Shown: positions 24,420-36,493 of the stretch, one piece after another
Layout: every line of letters starts with the position of its first letter
Numbering within the stretch: position 1 is the stretch's first letter
Source of the DNA: Eledone cirrhosa
Taxonomy: Eukaryota
Direction of reading: 5' to 3'
Length of the DNA: 64,000 nucleotides
Assembly: GCA_964016885.1 (NCBI GenBank)
Contig: OZ024742.1
Span: forward strand, 371,132,001-371,196,000
The notes under the pieces: model-generated
Told to the model about the DNA's origin: nothing
Database searches by the model: none
Seen by the model: only the letters and a program-made list of their open reading frames with translations
Translations under genes and position numbers: made by a program

Positions 24420-24680
24420 AGTGGGAGTGGTTGTGTAAGTATCATAACAAAAAGCACCCAGCCCACTCTGTAAAGTGGTTGTGTAGGCGTCACAACAAAA
24501 AGCACCCAGCACACGCTGTAAATGTGGTTAGCACTAGGAACGGCATCCAGTGGTAGAAAACCAGCTAGAAACAGTCCTATATGAGAGACACGGTTACCCG
24601 ACCCAACTTGCCTCTAAATGGGACAAACCCGTCTAACCCATGCTAGCGTGGAAGATGAACATTAAACAATGATGATGATA
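24420..24680 (+). mobile_element. Short element sharing the RTE 3' UTR
   Basis: aaagcacccag..cactgtaaa subrepeats, cccatgctagcgtggaa, (GAT)n tail. Confidence 0.65.
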
Positions 24681-25228
24681 TATATATATATATGAAATGT
24701 TCTGAGAGGAGAGAGATTTATGGAATTCAGCTGTAGAACTTTTTCTAAGTGGCGCAGACACATGTCTAAAGATGGAATGTTAGACTAGAAATTGTTTGCA
24801 ATAATGTGCAAATGTTTTTTGTAGCTTCTTTGTCTCTTTTGTTTTATATTGCTACTCAGTATAATAAGGTTATAAACAAACAGTACATATGTATCTGATT
24901 AAATTGTATTTGATACACACCCTGAATATAGACATGGTATATATAGTTCCCCCCAGAAATAGCCTCAGCCATTCTAACTCACAATACATAATTGTTCTGA
25001 TGTGGTACAACATATTTATTAAAGCTGTAGAAATGATATTGTGTTTATGGCTTCTTGGTTTTTAAACTATTCTACTCTTTCATTACTGTATTTCTAATAA
25101 AAGACTGCGGTTTATGATTTTCATATTATTTTGAAAAAAATCAAGAATTTGGAGGGATTTAGTCAAATAACTTTATCATTAATTGCAATTAATTTTCATT
25201 GCAAAACAGTTCTATGACTGCATCACAT

Positions 25229-26224
25229 AAAAATTGTCTTTCATCATCATAATCACTGTTTAATATCCATTATTCCATGCTAGCATGGGTTAGACGAGTT
25301 GCCCCGTTGTGAGACAAGCCAGGTCAGAAGGCCGTGTCTTGCTCATACAGAACTGATTTTTGCTGGTTGCCCTTCCTAACACCAATCCCATTTGCAGTGT
25401 GTGCTGGGTGCTTTTGTCGTGACACCTACACGACCACTTTATAGTGTGGACTGGGTACTTTTGTTGTCACCTACACAACCACTTTATAGTGTGGATTGGG
25501 TGCATTTGTCGTGTCTCCTACACAACCACTTTACAGTGTGGACTGGGTGCTTTTGTCATGTCACCTACACAACCGTTTTATAGTGTGGGCTGGGTGTGTT
25601 TTGTTGTGACACACACACCTACACAATCACTTTACAGCGTGGGCTTTAATATTGAAAATTTCTGAAATGATCTGTCCACTGGTAACGATACTATATACAT
25701 TTGAATTTATAAACTTGTCTTTAACCATTTTCTACTAAATCCTTCAGGATGTTAAATGTTTATAAATTGTTGTTCAATATAACTTATCAAAGATTCTTAA
25801 TAACGCACCCAGTCCACACTGTAAAGTGGTTGTGTAGGTGACACAACAAAAGCACCCAGTCTACACTGTAAAGTGGTTGTATAGGTGTCACAAAAAAAAA
25901 GTACCCAACGCACACTGTAAAGTGGTTGTGTAGGAGACACGACAAATGCACCCAGTCCACACTATAAAGTGGTTGTGTAGGTGACACAACAAAAGTACCC
26001 AGTCCACACTATAAAGTGGTCGTGTAGGTGTCACGACAAAAGCACCCAACACACACTGCAAATGGGATTGGTGTTAGGAAGGGCAACCAGCAAAAATCAG
26101 TTCTGTATGAGTAAGACACGGCCTTCTGACCTGGCTTGTCTCACAACGGGGCAACTCGTCTAACCCATGCTAGCATGGAATAATGGATATTAAACAGTGA
26201 TTATGATGATGAAAGACAATTTTT
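25229..26224. repeat. Long inverted duplication of an RTE-3'UTR-related element
   Basis: 25229-25540 is the near-exact reverse complement of 25911-26224. Looser subrepeats extend inward to ~25645 and ~25806. Confidence 0.92.
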
Positions 26225-27313
26225 TTTTTTATGAAGGAAAGTGTTTAGATAATTATAAACATTTAAACTTTTCTGTTACCAGAGTTCTGATGAAAGACAC
26301 TTTAACAAAAAGTTCTTACATAGAATTTAGGTTTTTAGATAAATACATACACTTTAAAACAAACTGTTTTGTATTGTAGAACTAGGGGTGGTTTCGGGCA
26401 CAATTGTGTTAAAAGGTTTGAATGTTATATTTTTGTCAATTTTTTAGATGTGGGCTTAATATAAACTGATAATCTGGAGTCGATAAAATAAAGTACCAGT
26501 AAAATACTGAGGTTGATATATTCGACTTACCCGCCCTACAAATTGTTGGCCTTGTGCCTAAATTAGAAATCATTATTATAAACTAATATATTAGGATGTG
26601 TCCTCATCTTAGTTGTTATAATCCTAATGTTTCAACCGTTGTACCCTCTGACCATCTTCAGGTATCTCTTATCAGTTATGTTAGCAGAATTTTCAACTGA
26701 ACCCTTCATTCAAACCACAGAGGTAGATTGTTCTGATTCCATCAGTTGTGTGTTTGTGGATCATCATCATCACTTTTCCATGCTTGCATGGGTTGACCAC
26801 ATCTTGCTAATACAGATCCATTTTGGGAATGGTTTTCTGTCCCCAGATGCCATTCCTAATGCTAACCATAATACAGCATGTACTAGGGCCTTTTTTGTGA
26901 TACCACTATTATTCACTCTGTAGAGTGAACTGAATATTTTTAGTTGCAGTGAATATACAGGGTGACTGAGTGTTTTTAGTTGTTGTGGCATTAACACTAC
27001 CACTGTAGCAGGTGACAGTGCATTTTGTTGTTGTGGCACCAGCACTACCACTATACAGGCAGGAAAGGGTGCGTCTTGTAATGGCACCAATTCTGTGGAA
27101 GAGCAGGTATGGAGATTGTCTGGTTTTCGTTAGTTATCTATTACCCCATGCTCCAGACTGGCTGAGACTAGGCCAGATAGGAGACCAGATCTGGTTCTTA
27201 CATTCCATTTTTGTTTTAGCATGGACTCCCCAGCTGGATGTCCTTCCTAACCATAACAAAGCATTTCAGTGAATCCCTCAACATTTTTCATTAATTAATT
27301 GAAAATCTGAAAG

Positions 27314-27488
27314 GTGGTTGATTGGTATTTGGTAAATCACTGGACAACTTGGCAGTATTTCTTTTGGTTCTTTGAGTTCAAATCCTACCGAGGTTAATCA
27401 AATAAAGAACCAGTCAAGTACTGGAGTCGATATAATTGTTTTCCCCCTTCCCCAAATTGCTGGCCTTGTGCCTAAATTAGAAATCATT
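27314..27488 (+). mobile_element. Degenerate tRNA-derived SINE
   Basis: gagttcaaatcc B box and the ctggccttgtgcctaaattagaaa 3' end. A 3' half of the same family lies at ~26476-26578. Confidence 0.65.
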
Positions 27489-27699
27489 AATTAATTGAAA
27501 ATATAGGTGGTAAAACCTTTTGATACCAACTTGCCCAAAACCACCTATTTTAAATGGTTCCTATTTAAATTAAAATCTTCCAGAATAATTTTATATAAGA
27601 ACCATATGTTAAGTTACTATTGAAATAATTTTAGTAAATCCCTCAACATTCTTCATTGATTAATTTAAAATACAGTATATTTCATTACAAATATCGTTT

Positions 27700-28135
27700 T
27701 TGCATCTGATTTTCCACACTTGCATGTGTTGGATGGGTCCTTCTCAGCACAGCATCTCTCCACTCACTGCGTTATTTTCGTCATCTCTGTGAGTCTCATC
27801 GATTTGAAATCTGCACTCACTGCCTGCCCAGGTCTTCCTTGGTCTACTTCTGCAGTGCCTTCATGGCACTTCACCCATCGACCATCATCCATGCGCATCA
27901 CATGTCCGTACTACTGCAGTCTTCTCTTTTGCACACCACTTTGGATTGCTCTTAAACCCAACTTCTCCTTCAACTCGTCCAAGCTCTGCCTTTCTCTCAC
28001 ATTTATGTTGCACATCCAATGAAGCATGGCTGCTTCATTTCTCTCCAGTCTACATATGTCCTCTGCAGTCATTGCCCATGTTTCACTACCATGCAGCTTC
28101 GTACTTCACACACAGGCATCATACAGTCGTCCTTT
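27700..28135 (-). mobile_element. Old RTE 3' fragment
   Basis: catgcgcatcacatgtccgta and gtttcactaccatgcagc match the RTE C-terminal region at 12100-12330. Confidence 0.7.
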
Positions 28136-28449
28136 TAGTCATGAAAATGTTAATTTCATGAAACGCCTAGAAACTATTGGCAACTCACTAAAGCATCATC
28201 ATAGTCATCATTTAACATTCGTTTTCCTTGCTAACAAGACTAAGTCAGTACTCAAGTGGAGCTACCAACTTCTCAGATAGGTGGAGGATGCATTTTATTA
28301 TGGCATCAGCACTGGTGGGAATGCCATGTCTTTTACACAGCTGAAGAGTCTTCCCGACCCTTTGTTTGGCTTTATATTTGCTATCATAAATAATATTCCC
28401 GGGCCCTGGTAAAATTTTCAGCCAGGGGTTCCATGCAAGCTTAACCCAC

Positions 28450-28870
28450 CTAATGTGGTTTCATGTGGTACGTTTGCTTGCTAATGTGGTTTCATGTGGT
28501 ACAACGTTTGCTTGCTAATGTGGTTTCATGTGGTACTAGGCCTGCTTGCTAATGTGGTTTCATGTGGTACTAGGCTTGCTTGCTAATGTGGTTTCATGTG
28601 GTACTAGGCTTGCTTGCTAATGTGGTTTCATGTACTAGGCCTGCTTGCTAATATAGTTTCATGTGGTACGTTTGCTTGCTAATGTGGTTTCATGTGGTAC
28701 TAGGCTTGCTTGCTAATGTGGTTTCATGTGGTATTAGGCTTGCTTGCTAATGTGGTTTCATGTGGTATTAGGCTTGCTTGCTAATGTGGTTTCATGTGGT
28801 ACTAGGCTTGCTTGCTAATGTGGTTTCATGTGGTACTAGGCCTGCTTGCTAATGTGGTTTCATGTGGTAC
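28450..28870. repeat. ~34-bp tandem repeat, about 13 copies
   Basis: Unit CTAATGTGGTTTCATGTGGTACTAGGCTTGCTTG, with 31-bp variants. Confidence 0.95.
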
Positions 28871-28880
28871 AAGACATTAA

Positions 28881-29147
28881 CCCTTTCATGACCATATTTC
28901 TAATGAAATACAATCTATTTTTAATTAATGAAGAATTTTGAGGTATTTACTAACAATTATTTCATTACTAACATAGTAACTTAATATAAAATTATGTTGG
29001 AAGATTTTAATTTAAATTGGGAACCTTTAAAATGGGTTTTATTTCATAGAACCAGAGTTGGATTTGATCAGGTTGGTAACTAAAGGGATAAAACAGTTTT
29101 ATTTGTGAGAGCCACAGCCAGTTTTGGTCAGGTTGGTAACTAAAGGG
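28881..29147. mobile_element. piggyBac-like MITE family A (single satellite-type end, duplicated opposite end)
   Basis: TTAA|CCCTTTCATGACCATATTTCTAATGAAATAC ... GGTTGGTAACTAAAGGG|TTAA. The right end occurs twice, 60 bp apart. Confidence 0.8.
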
Positions 29148-29218
29148 TTAAGAAGGAATGTATTTATTGGCTTGTCAATTGATAATGATATCATATGAGT
29201 TTCTTTGTTTTTTTACAG

Positions 29219-29454
29219 CCACCCTGGTTGGTGTCGATATTGGAAATGCAGCTACGAAAATTAGCCGTTTTGCTAATTACTTGCGAAACCTTGTTCCATC
29301 GAGTGATGTTGGCTTGATGGAAATGACAGCTAAAGGGATGGGCATATTAGCTCTGTCTGCTGGTAACCATGCTGCCGAGTATGTCGACTTTGAAACGAAG
29401 AGATCTCTAGAGCTTTTAGCCGGGGAAAGGCATGAAGGCCAACGATATTCAGCA
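29219..29454 (+). CDS. mTOR: mTOR coding exon 2
   Basis: ttttacag acceptor. (A)TLVGVDIGNAATKISRFANYLRNLVPSSDVGLMEMTAK...AEYVDFETKRSLELL..ERHEGQRYSA. GTAAGT donor. Phase is compatible with exon 1. Confidence 0.97.
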
Positions 29455-29739
29455 GTAAGTAAACATGTTAACAATCATATTCAACCCTCAAATGTCTGTC
29501 TGTACATCTGGCAGTGTTGGATTAACCCAGTAGCATTTGCCAGGAGCCCTGTAGGTTTGGGCTTTTGCTACTAATAGTGTACTTTAGATTTTACTTTCAA
29601 TACCAGAACCTCGCAATTGATATCCCTATAATAGTCAACCTCTGAAATTTAGACTTAACTTCTGGTGTATATTACTCTATTAATCTATGTGTTCCAGCCA
29701 ACATGCTATGGTCATGCTGAGGCTCTGCCATTTGGGGAG

Positions 29740-29907
29740 AGGGGAAAGTTGATCCAATTGACCCCAGTGCATTACTGGTGCTTTATTTTACCAACCCTGT
29801 AAGGATGAAAGGCTAAGCTAACCTCGGCAGGATTTGAACTCAGAACATAAAGGGCCGTAACTCTATGCCCCGAAGCATGTTGTCCGATACTCTAACGATA
29901 CTGCCAA
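29740..29907 (-). mobile_element. tRNA-derived SINE
   Basis: aaggatgaaagg, ggatttgaactc and gatactgccaa match the family on the minus strand. Confidence 0.8.
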
Positions 29908-30279
29908 TATATATAGTAAATAAATAATACTTGCTACTGCTATACAGTGTTGGCTAAAAATATAACACTATATTCTATGGTGTGTCTTGGTTACTTTAAA
30001 CCTGGCAGAGCCCATTCCCCCTCCAGGGCTGAATACAAGCTGGTTTCTTCCAGAGAATGAGAGGAAGAGATTATGAAGAAAAATCAACTGCAGTAATGGA
30101 CTGGTACATTTCTTTTTATTAACTTCGACTGGATAAAAAACAAGGTTGACCTCGGTGGGATCACACAGAGACAGAATGTACAAAATATTCTGCCTGACTC
30201 TGCTAATTCAGTGCCTATAGAATACAGTTGTATCATCAATATCTATGGGATCCTATCTTTTCAGAGAAAATAGATTTAA

Positions 30280-30674
30280 CTCTTAACATCCTGTACTATA
30301 TGAAAATACATTAACCCTTTAGCATATACATTACTCTACTATTGTATTTTTGCGGTAAAGATTTTATCTCCCATAATATTGAATCTATGAGATTTTGATA
30401 TTATTTATTTCGAGAACAATACCGTAATGTCGGTATGAGTGGCTGGTTTCAATAGAAAGAGGGGAGTTCTGGCCATATACAGCTGGTTTAATTGCTAAAG
30501 GGTTAAGGCATTCTTGAAATCTTTTAAACAACACAGTGACCATATGACAAGAAAAATTGAAGCCGTTAGTCTAATACAGCTTTCACAACATTCTCTCATC
30601 TAGTAAACATATTATAAACATTTCAAATACATCTTCTTTTAAACATGTTCTAACTTGTTACAGGATGTTAAGAG
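30280..30674. mobile_element. TTAA-flanked MITE with 15-bp TIR, carrying a nested MITE
   Basis: TTAA|CTCTTAACATCCTGT ... ACAGGATGTTAAGAG|TTAA. Confidence 0.75.
30315..30502. mobile_element. piggyBac-like MITE family B (nested)
   Basis: TTAA|CCCTTTAGCA ... TGCTAAAGGG|TTAA. Confidence 0.85.
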
Positions 30675-30767
30675 TTAAATATTGAAATAGTAAGCAATTC
30701 TGTTTTTTTTTTTTTTTTGTTATGAATCCTTGTGAATTAAGCCTTTGTTTTCTATCTCCATTCAAAG

Positions 30768-30869
30768 GTACTTATTTTGAAAGAATTGGCCACATTTACA
30801 CCGACATTCTTTTTTCAACAAGTTCCACAGTTTTTTGAAAATATCTTTAATGCCGTCAGAGATCCCAAG
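30768..30869 (+). CDS. mTOR: mTOR coding exon 3
   Basis: AG acceptor at 30766-30767. VLILKELATFTPTFFFQQVPQFFENIFNAVRDPK. GTAAGT donor. 34 codons. Confidence 0.97.
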
Positions 30870-31113
30870 GTAAGTTTGAAGTTGTATTATTTTTTTCCAT
30901 TTTTTTTACTCTTTTACGAGTTTCAATCATTGGGCTGCAGCTCTGGCACATCTTCAGGGGTACAGTAGTCAATTAAAAAAAACAAAATGTAATATACAGC
31001 CTACACTTATATAGCTTTAGTTGGCTGTTTACAACGTTGCATTTCATGGGTTTCTTAGGTTAACCTTTTGGGCTCCATGACAAGCTTCATACCCATTATG
31101 GAGTCCTTTTTAA

Positions 31114-33019
31114 CCCTTTAGCGTTCAAAGCGACAAAAACCGACAAAATTATGTCCCCTTTCATTTATTCAAACCGACAAAAACCGACATTTCAGACCAC
31201 TCGTAGATCTCCTTCTAAAAATAAACATTGACATCATCAAAATCTCGTCAATTCGAGATTACAGCGAGATAAAGCCCTTACGCGCGAAAATTAACTCTTA
31301 GTATAGTTAAAGACCTTGCGAAACACGTGTTTTTAACTTTGAAATTGTAACATGGCTTCCGAAAGTAGCGACAACGATTTTGAAGGTTTTACATCCTACG
31401 ACATTCAAGATAAAAAAGAAACAGAAGATAATATCAATGATTTATCTTCAAATAAATCAGATATATTTATTTCTGATATATCTGATGATGATGATGATGA
31501 TAGTCACTTTGAAAGTGAAAGCGAAGAGATATCTGACACCATTGAAAAAACACCAACGTGGTTGAAAGAAACAACACCGATACATGTTTCGGATTTTAAT
31601 GAAAATTCTGGACCACAACACACATTACCACCCGATGCTAAAGCACTGGATTATTTTTTTTTATTTCTACCACAAACTTTCTTCGAAGTTATGGCAGAAG
31701 AGACAAATCGCTATGCACAACAACAAATTTCTAATCGAGGAAAACCCGATCTGTTATGGCGTCCGACAGATTCTGCCGAAATGAAAGCGTTTTTTACCAT
31801 AAACATTGTTTGGTATTAAACAATTTCCACGACTGTGGAATTATTGGAGGTTTGGTGACCCTTATATATCTAGTATTATGGCAAAAACGAGATTTATAAA
31901 ATTAAACCAGTATTTGCATCTGGTTGATACTACAAATGTCCCTGGTAGAAATGAATCGAATTACGACTCACTGTACAAAGTACGACCATTAATTGAAATG
32001 TTGACAGAAAAATTTAAAAGTATGTATATACCTGGAAAAAATCTTAGTGTTGATGAAGCTATGATTGGGTATAAGGGTAGGGTTCATTTCAGACAGTATA
32101 TGCCAGCTAAACCCACCAAATGGGGCATCAAAGTGTGGGAACTGTGTGAATCGGACACGGGATACTGTGTAAACTTTGATGTTTACACAGGAAAAAAACT
32201 TAATGGAGAGAGAAAGCACAGGTTGGGTTACAATGTTGTGTGGTCGCTGACTCAACCCTTCCACTTTCAACACAGACATATTTATTTTGACCGTTTTTTT
32301 TTCTTCGGTGCTTTTAGCAGAGGATCTTGCCCTTGTAAATACATACACCTGCGGCACAATAATGAGCAATCGGAAAGGGCTACCCCAAGAAATAAAAGTT
32401 GCGAAACTAAAAAACAGAGGAGACATTCTCCAAATGCAAAAAGAGAACATGTTAGCCACAGTGTTCAAAGACAAACGGCAAATTTTGTTCCTGAGTTCTA
32501 ACCAACAACCAGGTGTTGGGGCTGAGGGTAGACCTTTAGTTAACCTCTCCTACAATAAATATATGGGTGGGGTTGACAAATCCGACCAATATTGCGCGTA
32601 TTACCCAGTTGGACGCCCTGGAAAGAAATGGTGGAGATACATCTTGTGGTTTTTAGTGAATTTAACCATTGTGAATTCTTATATTGTATTTACTAAAAGC
32701 CACAAGGATCCGCCACCACCAAAGGACTACTGCCACATGAAATTTCGCGTGGACATTGCATCCCAGCTACGTGGGGGGGATATACTTCTCGCAAACACAA
32801 AGCTGGGAAGTCAAATTTAACAAAAAAAAAATCAGGTAAAAATATATAATTGTAAATTATAGTTCTTTAAACATCTACTGACAAAATTTCAAGTCTGCAC
32901 ATAGAAAATTAAAGTAATTACAAACAAATAAAATTGATAACCCTCTTGAGTATAATTAAGTGAAAATAATGCGAATAGATGAACATGACATTTGACAATT
33001 CAATGTGAATGCTAAAGGG
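31114..33019 (+). mobile_element. piggyBac DNA transposon, defective, with intact ends
   Basis: TTAA on both sides. 14-bp TIR CCCTTTAGCGTTCA / TGAATGCTAAAGGG (one mismatch). Subterminal CGACAAAAACCGACA repeats. Confidence 0.93.
31352..32820 (+). pseudogene. piggyBac transposase (PGBD4-like), frameshifted
   Basis: Acidic N-terminus. Catalytic motifs SVDEAM, YFDRFF and YNKYMGGVDKSDQ, plus RQYMPAKPTKWGIK. Frameshifts near 31805 and 32295. No C-terminal Cys-rich domain is visible. Confidence 0.9.
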
Positions 33020-33816
33020 TTAAGGCAATGTCATGGACGCAACAATCTCCCTAGTGCTGGTGCCATGACAAAATGTATCCAGTACACTTTGTAATATGGT
33101 TGGTGATAACCCATGCTAGCGTGGAAAATGGACGTGAAATGATGATGATAGGAAGTGTATGAGAAAGTATGTTAAAGGGTTGAGAGGATTCTTCTCTTGA
33201 GTCAGACATGACAACCTCCCAAGTGTTGGTGTCACTATGAATTAGTTGTTGATAGAAAGGACATCCAGCTGTAGAAACTATGCTAAAACAAGACTTGGCC
33301 TCTGGCTTGTCTGGAAAGACAGTAACTCCGATTAAGTACTGACTTGATCTGTGACAACCCATCCACCCATGCCAGCATGGAAAAACGTATTAAATGATGA
33401 TGCAGTGACAGTTAAAATGCTTAGGTTTGTCTCACATTATATTATAGCACCCAAAACACTGTTAATCAGTAATTTATTTAATAATAATAATGTATGTTTA
33501 TATATAATGTCTGATGTATGTATCTGGTTTAGAATAGGTACACCATATCTTTGTATGTTGTAAGAGGTGACTAAAAGGTTTGGCTGCAGGAAAGGTATCC
33601 AGCTATAAAACATTGACCTCCAAAGGACCTCATGAGTATTAAGCCTATTATGAGGCACAGAAAGGATAACCTCAGTTTTAGCAAGGAAAATGGCCTTAAC
33701 CCTTTCATTACTATATTTCTGGGGTTTAGTAACATAATTTTATTATAATAATGAAAATTGTGTACAGTGCTCAGGTGCACTACAACTCATCAAAGGTGCA
33801 TGTATAGTACATAAAA

Positions 33817-34010
33817 TAATTGTTTCTACTTTTGGCACAAGGCCAGCAATTATTCCAGTGTATTACTGGTACTTTATTTTATCGACCCCCCCCCCCCATA
33901 AGGATGAAAGGCAAAGTTAACCTCGGCGGGATTTGAACTCAGACCATAAAGGGCCGTAACTCTTTTCTGCAAAGCTTGGCGTCCAACCCTCTACCGATAC
34001 TGCCAATCCA
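33817..34010 (-). mobile_element. tRNA-derived SINE inserted in a CR1 3'-end fragment (from ~33745)
   Basis: SINE family match. The left flank tgtgtacagtgctcaggtgcactacaactcatcaaagg is the CR1 3' end on the minus strand. Confidence 0.8.
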
Positions 34011-34129
34011 CATCAAATAATGTATAAAAGTCACATTTGTGTATGGAGGGGGAATTATTAGGCTAGTGTTTGGAGCATAGCTTAACAAAATTATGATGGA
34101 AAGTTTCTAGATAAATATAAACACTTTAA

Positions 34130-34591
34130 CCCTTTTGATACCAACTTGCCTGAAATTGCTCCTAGTTCTGTATATTTTAAAGTGTGTATATTTATCTAAA
34201 AACCTTCTCTCATAATTTTATGTAAGAACCTTTGTTCCAAACATCAGTTTAATAATAAGAAAGTTATAATATCAAATCCCGCTTGATTATTTTCAAAATG
34301 ATTTAAAAATCATAGGCAGTATCTTTCATTAGAAATATGGTAATGAAAGGGTTAATGACATAGACAGTGTCTTTCATTAGAAATATGGTAATGAAAGGGT
34401 TAATGACATAGACAGTGTCTTTCATTAGAAATATGGTAATGAAAGGGTTAATGACATAGACAGGGTCTTTCGTTAGAAATATGGTAATGAAAGGGTTAAT
34501 GACATAGACAGTGTCTTTCATTAGAAATATGGTAATGAAAGGGTTAATGACATAGACAGGGTCTTTCATTAGAAATATGGTAATGAAAGGG
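34130..34591. mobile_element. piggyBac-like MITE family A with its right terminus amplified to 6 tandem 48-bp copies
   Basis: TTAA|CCCTTTTGATACCAA at 34130. First ...GGTAATGAAAGGG|TTAA at 34351, repeated at 48-bp intervals to 34591. Confidence 0.9.
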
Positions 34592-34689
34592 TTAAAACTG
34601 TTTTGTATTGTAGAATTACGAGCAGTTTAGTATCAAAGTAGCTATAAGGTTTGATGTTGCTTTTATATACTCTTTACTATTTTCTATCT

Positions 34690-35665
34690 ATCTCTTTCTC
34701 TCTCGCTCTCTCTCTCTCGTGCTCACTCCCTCTTTCTCTCTCTCGTGCTCACTCCCTCTTTCTCTCTCTCGTGCTCACTCCCTCTTTCTCTCTCTCGTGC
34801 TCACTCCCTCTTTCTCTCTCTCGTGCTCACTCCCACTTTCTCTCTCTCGTGCTCACTCCCACTTTCTCTCTCTCGTGCTCACTCCCACTTTCTCTCTCTC
34901 GTGCTCACTCCCACTTTCTCTCGTGCTCACTCCCTCTTTCTCTCTCTCGTGCTCACTCCCACTTTCTCTCTCTCGTGCTCACTCCCACTTTCTCTCTCTC
35001 TCGTGCTCACTCCCTCTTTCTCTCTCTCTCGTGCTCACTCCCTCTTTCTCTCTCTCTCGTGCTCACTCCCTCTTTCTCTCTGTCGTGCTCACTCCCTCTT
35101 TCTCTCTCTCTCGTGCTCACTCCCTCCTTCTCTCTCTCGTGCTCACTCCCTCTTTCTCTCTCTCGTGCTCACTCCCTCTTTCTCTCTCTCGTGCCCACTC
35201 CCTCTTTCTCTCTCTCGTACTCACTCCCTCTTTCTCTCTCTCGTGCTCACTCCCTCTTTCTCTCTCTCGTGCTCACTCCCACTTTCTCTCTCTCGTGCTC
35301 ACTCCCACTTTCTCTCTCTCGTGCTCACTCCCACTTTCTCTCGTGCTCACTCCCACTTTCTCTCTGTCGTGCTCTCTCCCTCTTTCTCTCTCTGTCGTGC
35401 TCTCTTTCTCTCTCTCGTGCTCACTCCCTCTTTCTCTCTCTCGTGCTCACTCCCTCTTTCTCTCTCTCGTGCTCACTCCCTCTTTCTCTCTCTCGTGCTC
35501 ACTCCCTCTTTACCTCTCTCGTGCTCACTCCCTCTTTCTCTCTCTCGTGCTCACTCCCTCTTTCTCTCTCTCGTGCTCACTCCCTCTTTCTCTCTCTCTC
35601 GTGCTCACTCCCTCTTTCTCTCTCTCTCGTGCTCACTCCCTCTTTACCTCCCTCACTCTCTCTCT
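34690..35665. repeat. Pyrimidine-rich ~26-bp minisatellite abutting an mTOR splice acceptor
   Basis: Unit CGTGCTCACTCCCTCTTT(CT)n, roughly 35 copies. Confidence 0.95.
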
Positions 35666-35687
35666 TTTTATATATTCTCTATTTCAG

Positions 35688-35786
35688 CCAGCAGTACGAG
35701 AGGCTGCAGTAGCTGCGCTCCGTGCAACCCTTGCTGTCACATCTCAACGAGAGACTAAAAGAGACCACAGTGAAGATTGGTATAAC
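35688..35786 (+). CDS. mTOR: mTOR coding exon 4
   Basis: tttcag acceptor. PAVREAAVAALRATLAVTSQRETKRDHSEDWYN. GTCAGT donor. 33 codons. Confidence 0.95.
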
Positions 35787-35912
35787 GTCAGTATAGCCAG
35801 ATTTTCTTCCGTTTTTTTTTTTTCTTTTTCATTTTTTTACCCCTTTCATCCTTTCTTTATTCTTTTATTTCATTCATTAAACTGTGACAGCCATACTGGA
35901 GCACCACTTTAA

Positions 35913-36130
35913 CCTTTTAGCATTTCCATAACTCTATATTTACTATTGTATTTTCACAGAAAAGGCTTTATCTCATGTTATCTCACATAATATCGAATCT
36001 ATGAGATTTTGATATTATTTATTTTGAGAACAATACCTTAACATCAGTGTGAGCAGTCTGTTATAGCCGGTTTGAACAGAAAGAAGTGAGAGAATTCTGG
36101 CCGGATACGGCTGATTTAAATGCTAATGGG
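35913..36130. mobile_element. piggyBac-like MITE family B
   Basis: TTAA|CCTTTTAGCATTT ... AAATGCTAATGGG|TTAA. The body matches 30315-30502. Confidence 0.8.
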
Positions 36131-36358
36131 TTAAAGTCAATCATATCAACTCCAGTACATTTTTTAATCTTTTTTTATTAAAAAAGATCCCTAGCCTCAA
36201 AATATGAAATAAAAATGTAAATTGTTTTATTTTTCTTCCTTTAGTTTTCACTCTTGTATTTCTAATGTACATTATATCAGCTCTCACTAAACAACCATAA
36301 CCACATATCACGCAATAAACTGTGCTGCTCTGATTTGAGTTTTATTGTTGTTTACCAG

Positions 36359-36493
36359 AATTGTTTGGAAGAAGCCTTGAGACCGTACAGTGATGCTCTT
36401 GCCAAAGAGAAGCGCCTCAACAAGGATGATTGGCTTCATGGATCTTTACTGATAATCAATGAACTTTTACGGTGTAGTAACATGGAAGGAGAG
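36359..36493 (+). CDS. mTOR: mTOR coding exon 5
   Basis: taccag acceptor. NCLEEALRPYSDALAKEKRLNKDDWLHGSLLIINELLRCSNMEGE. GTAGG donor. 45 codons. Confidence 0.96.

Noticed and set aside
31352-32820. Domesticated PGBD gene or mTOR-piggyBac fusion exon
   Set aside because: There are at least two frameshifts, the C-terminal Cys-rich domain is missing, and TIRs and TTAA are retained, which indicates a decaying transposon.
34651-35912. Three long Ser/Leu-rich ORFs
   Set aside because: They are translations of a stop-free CT minisatellite. Only 35688-35786 is a real exon.
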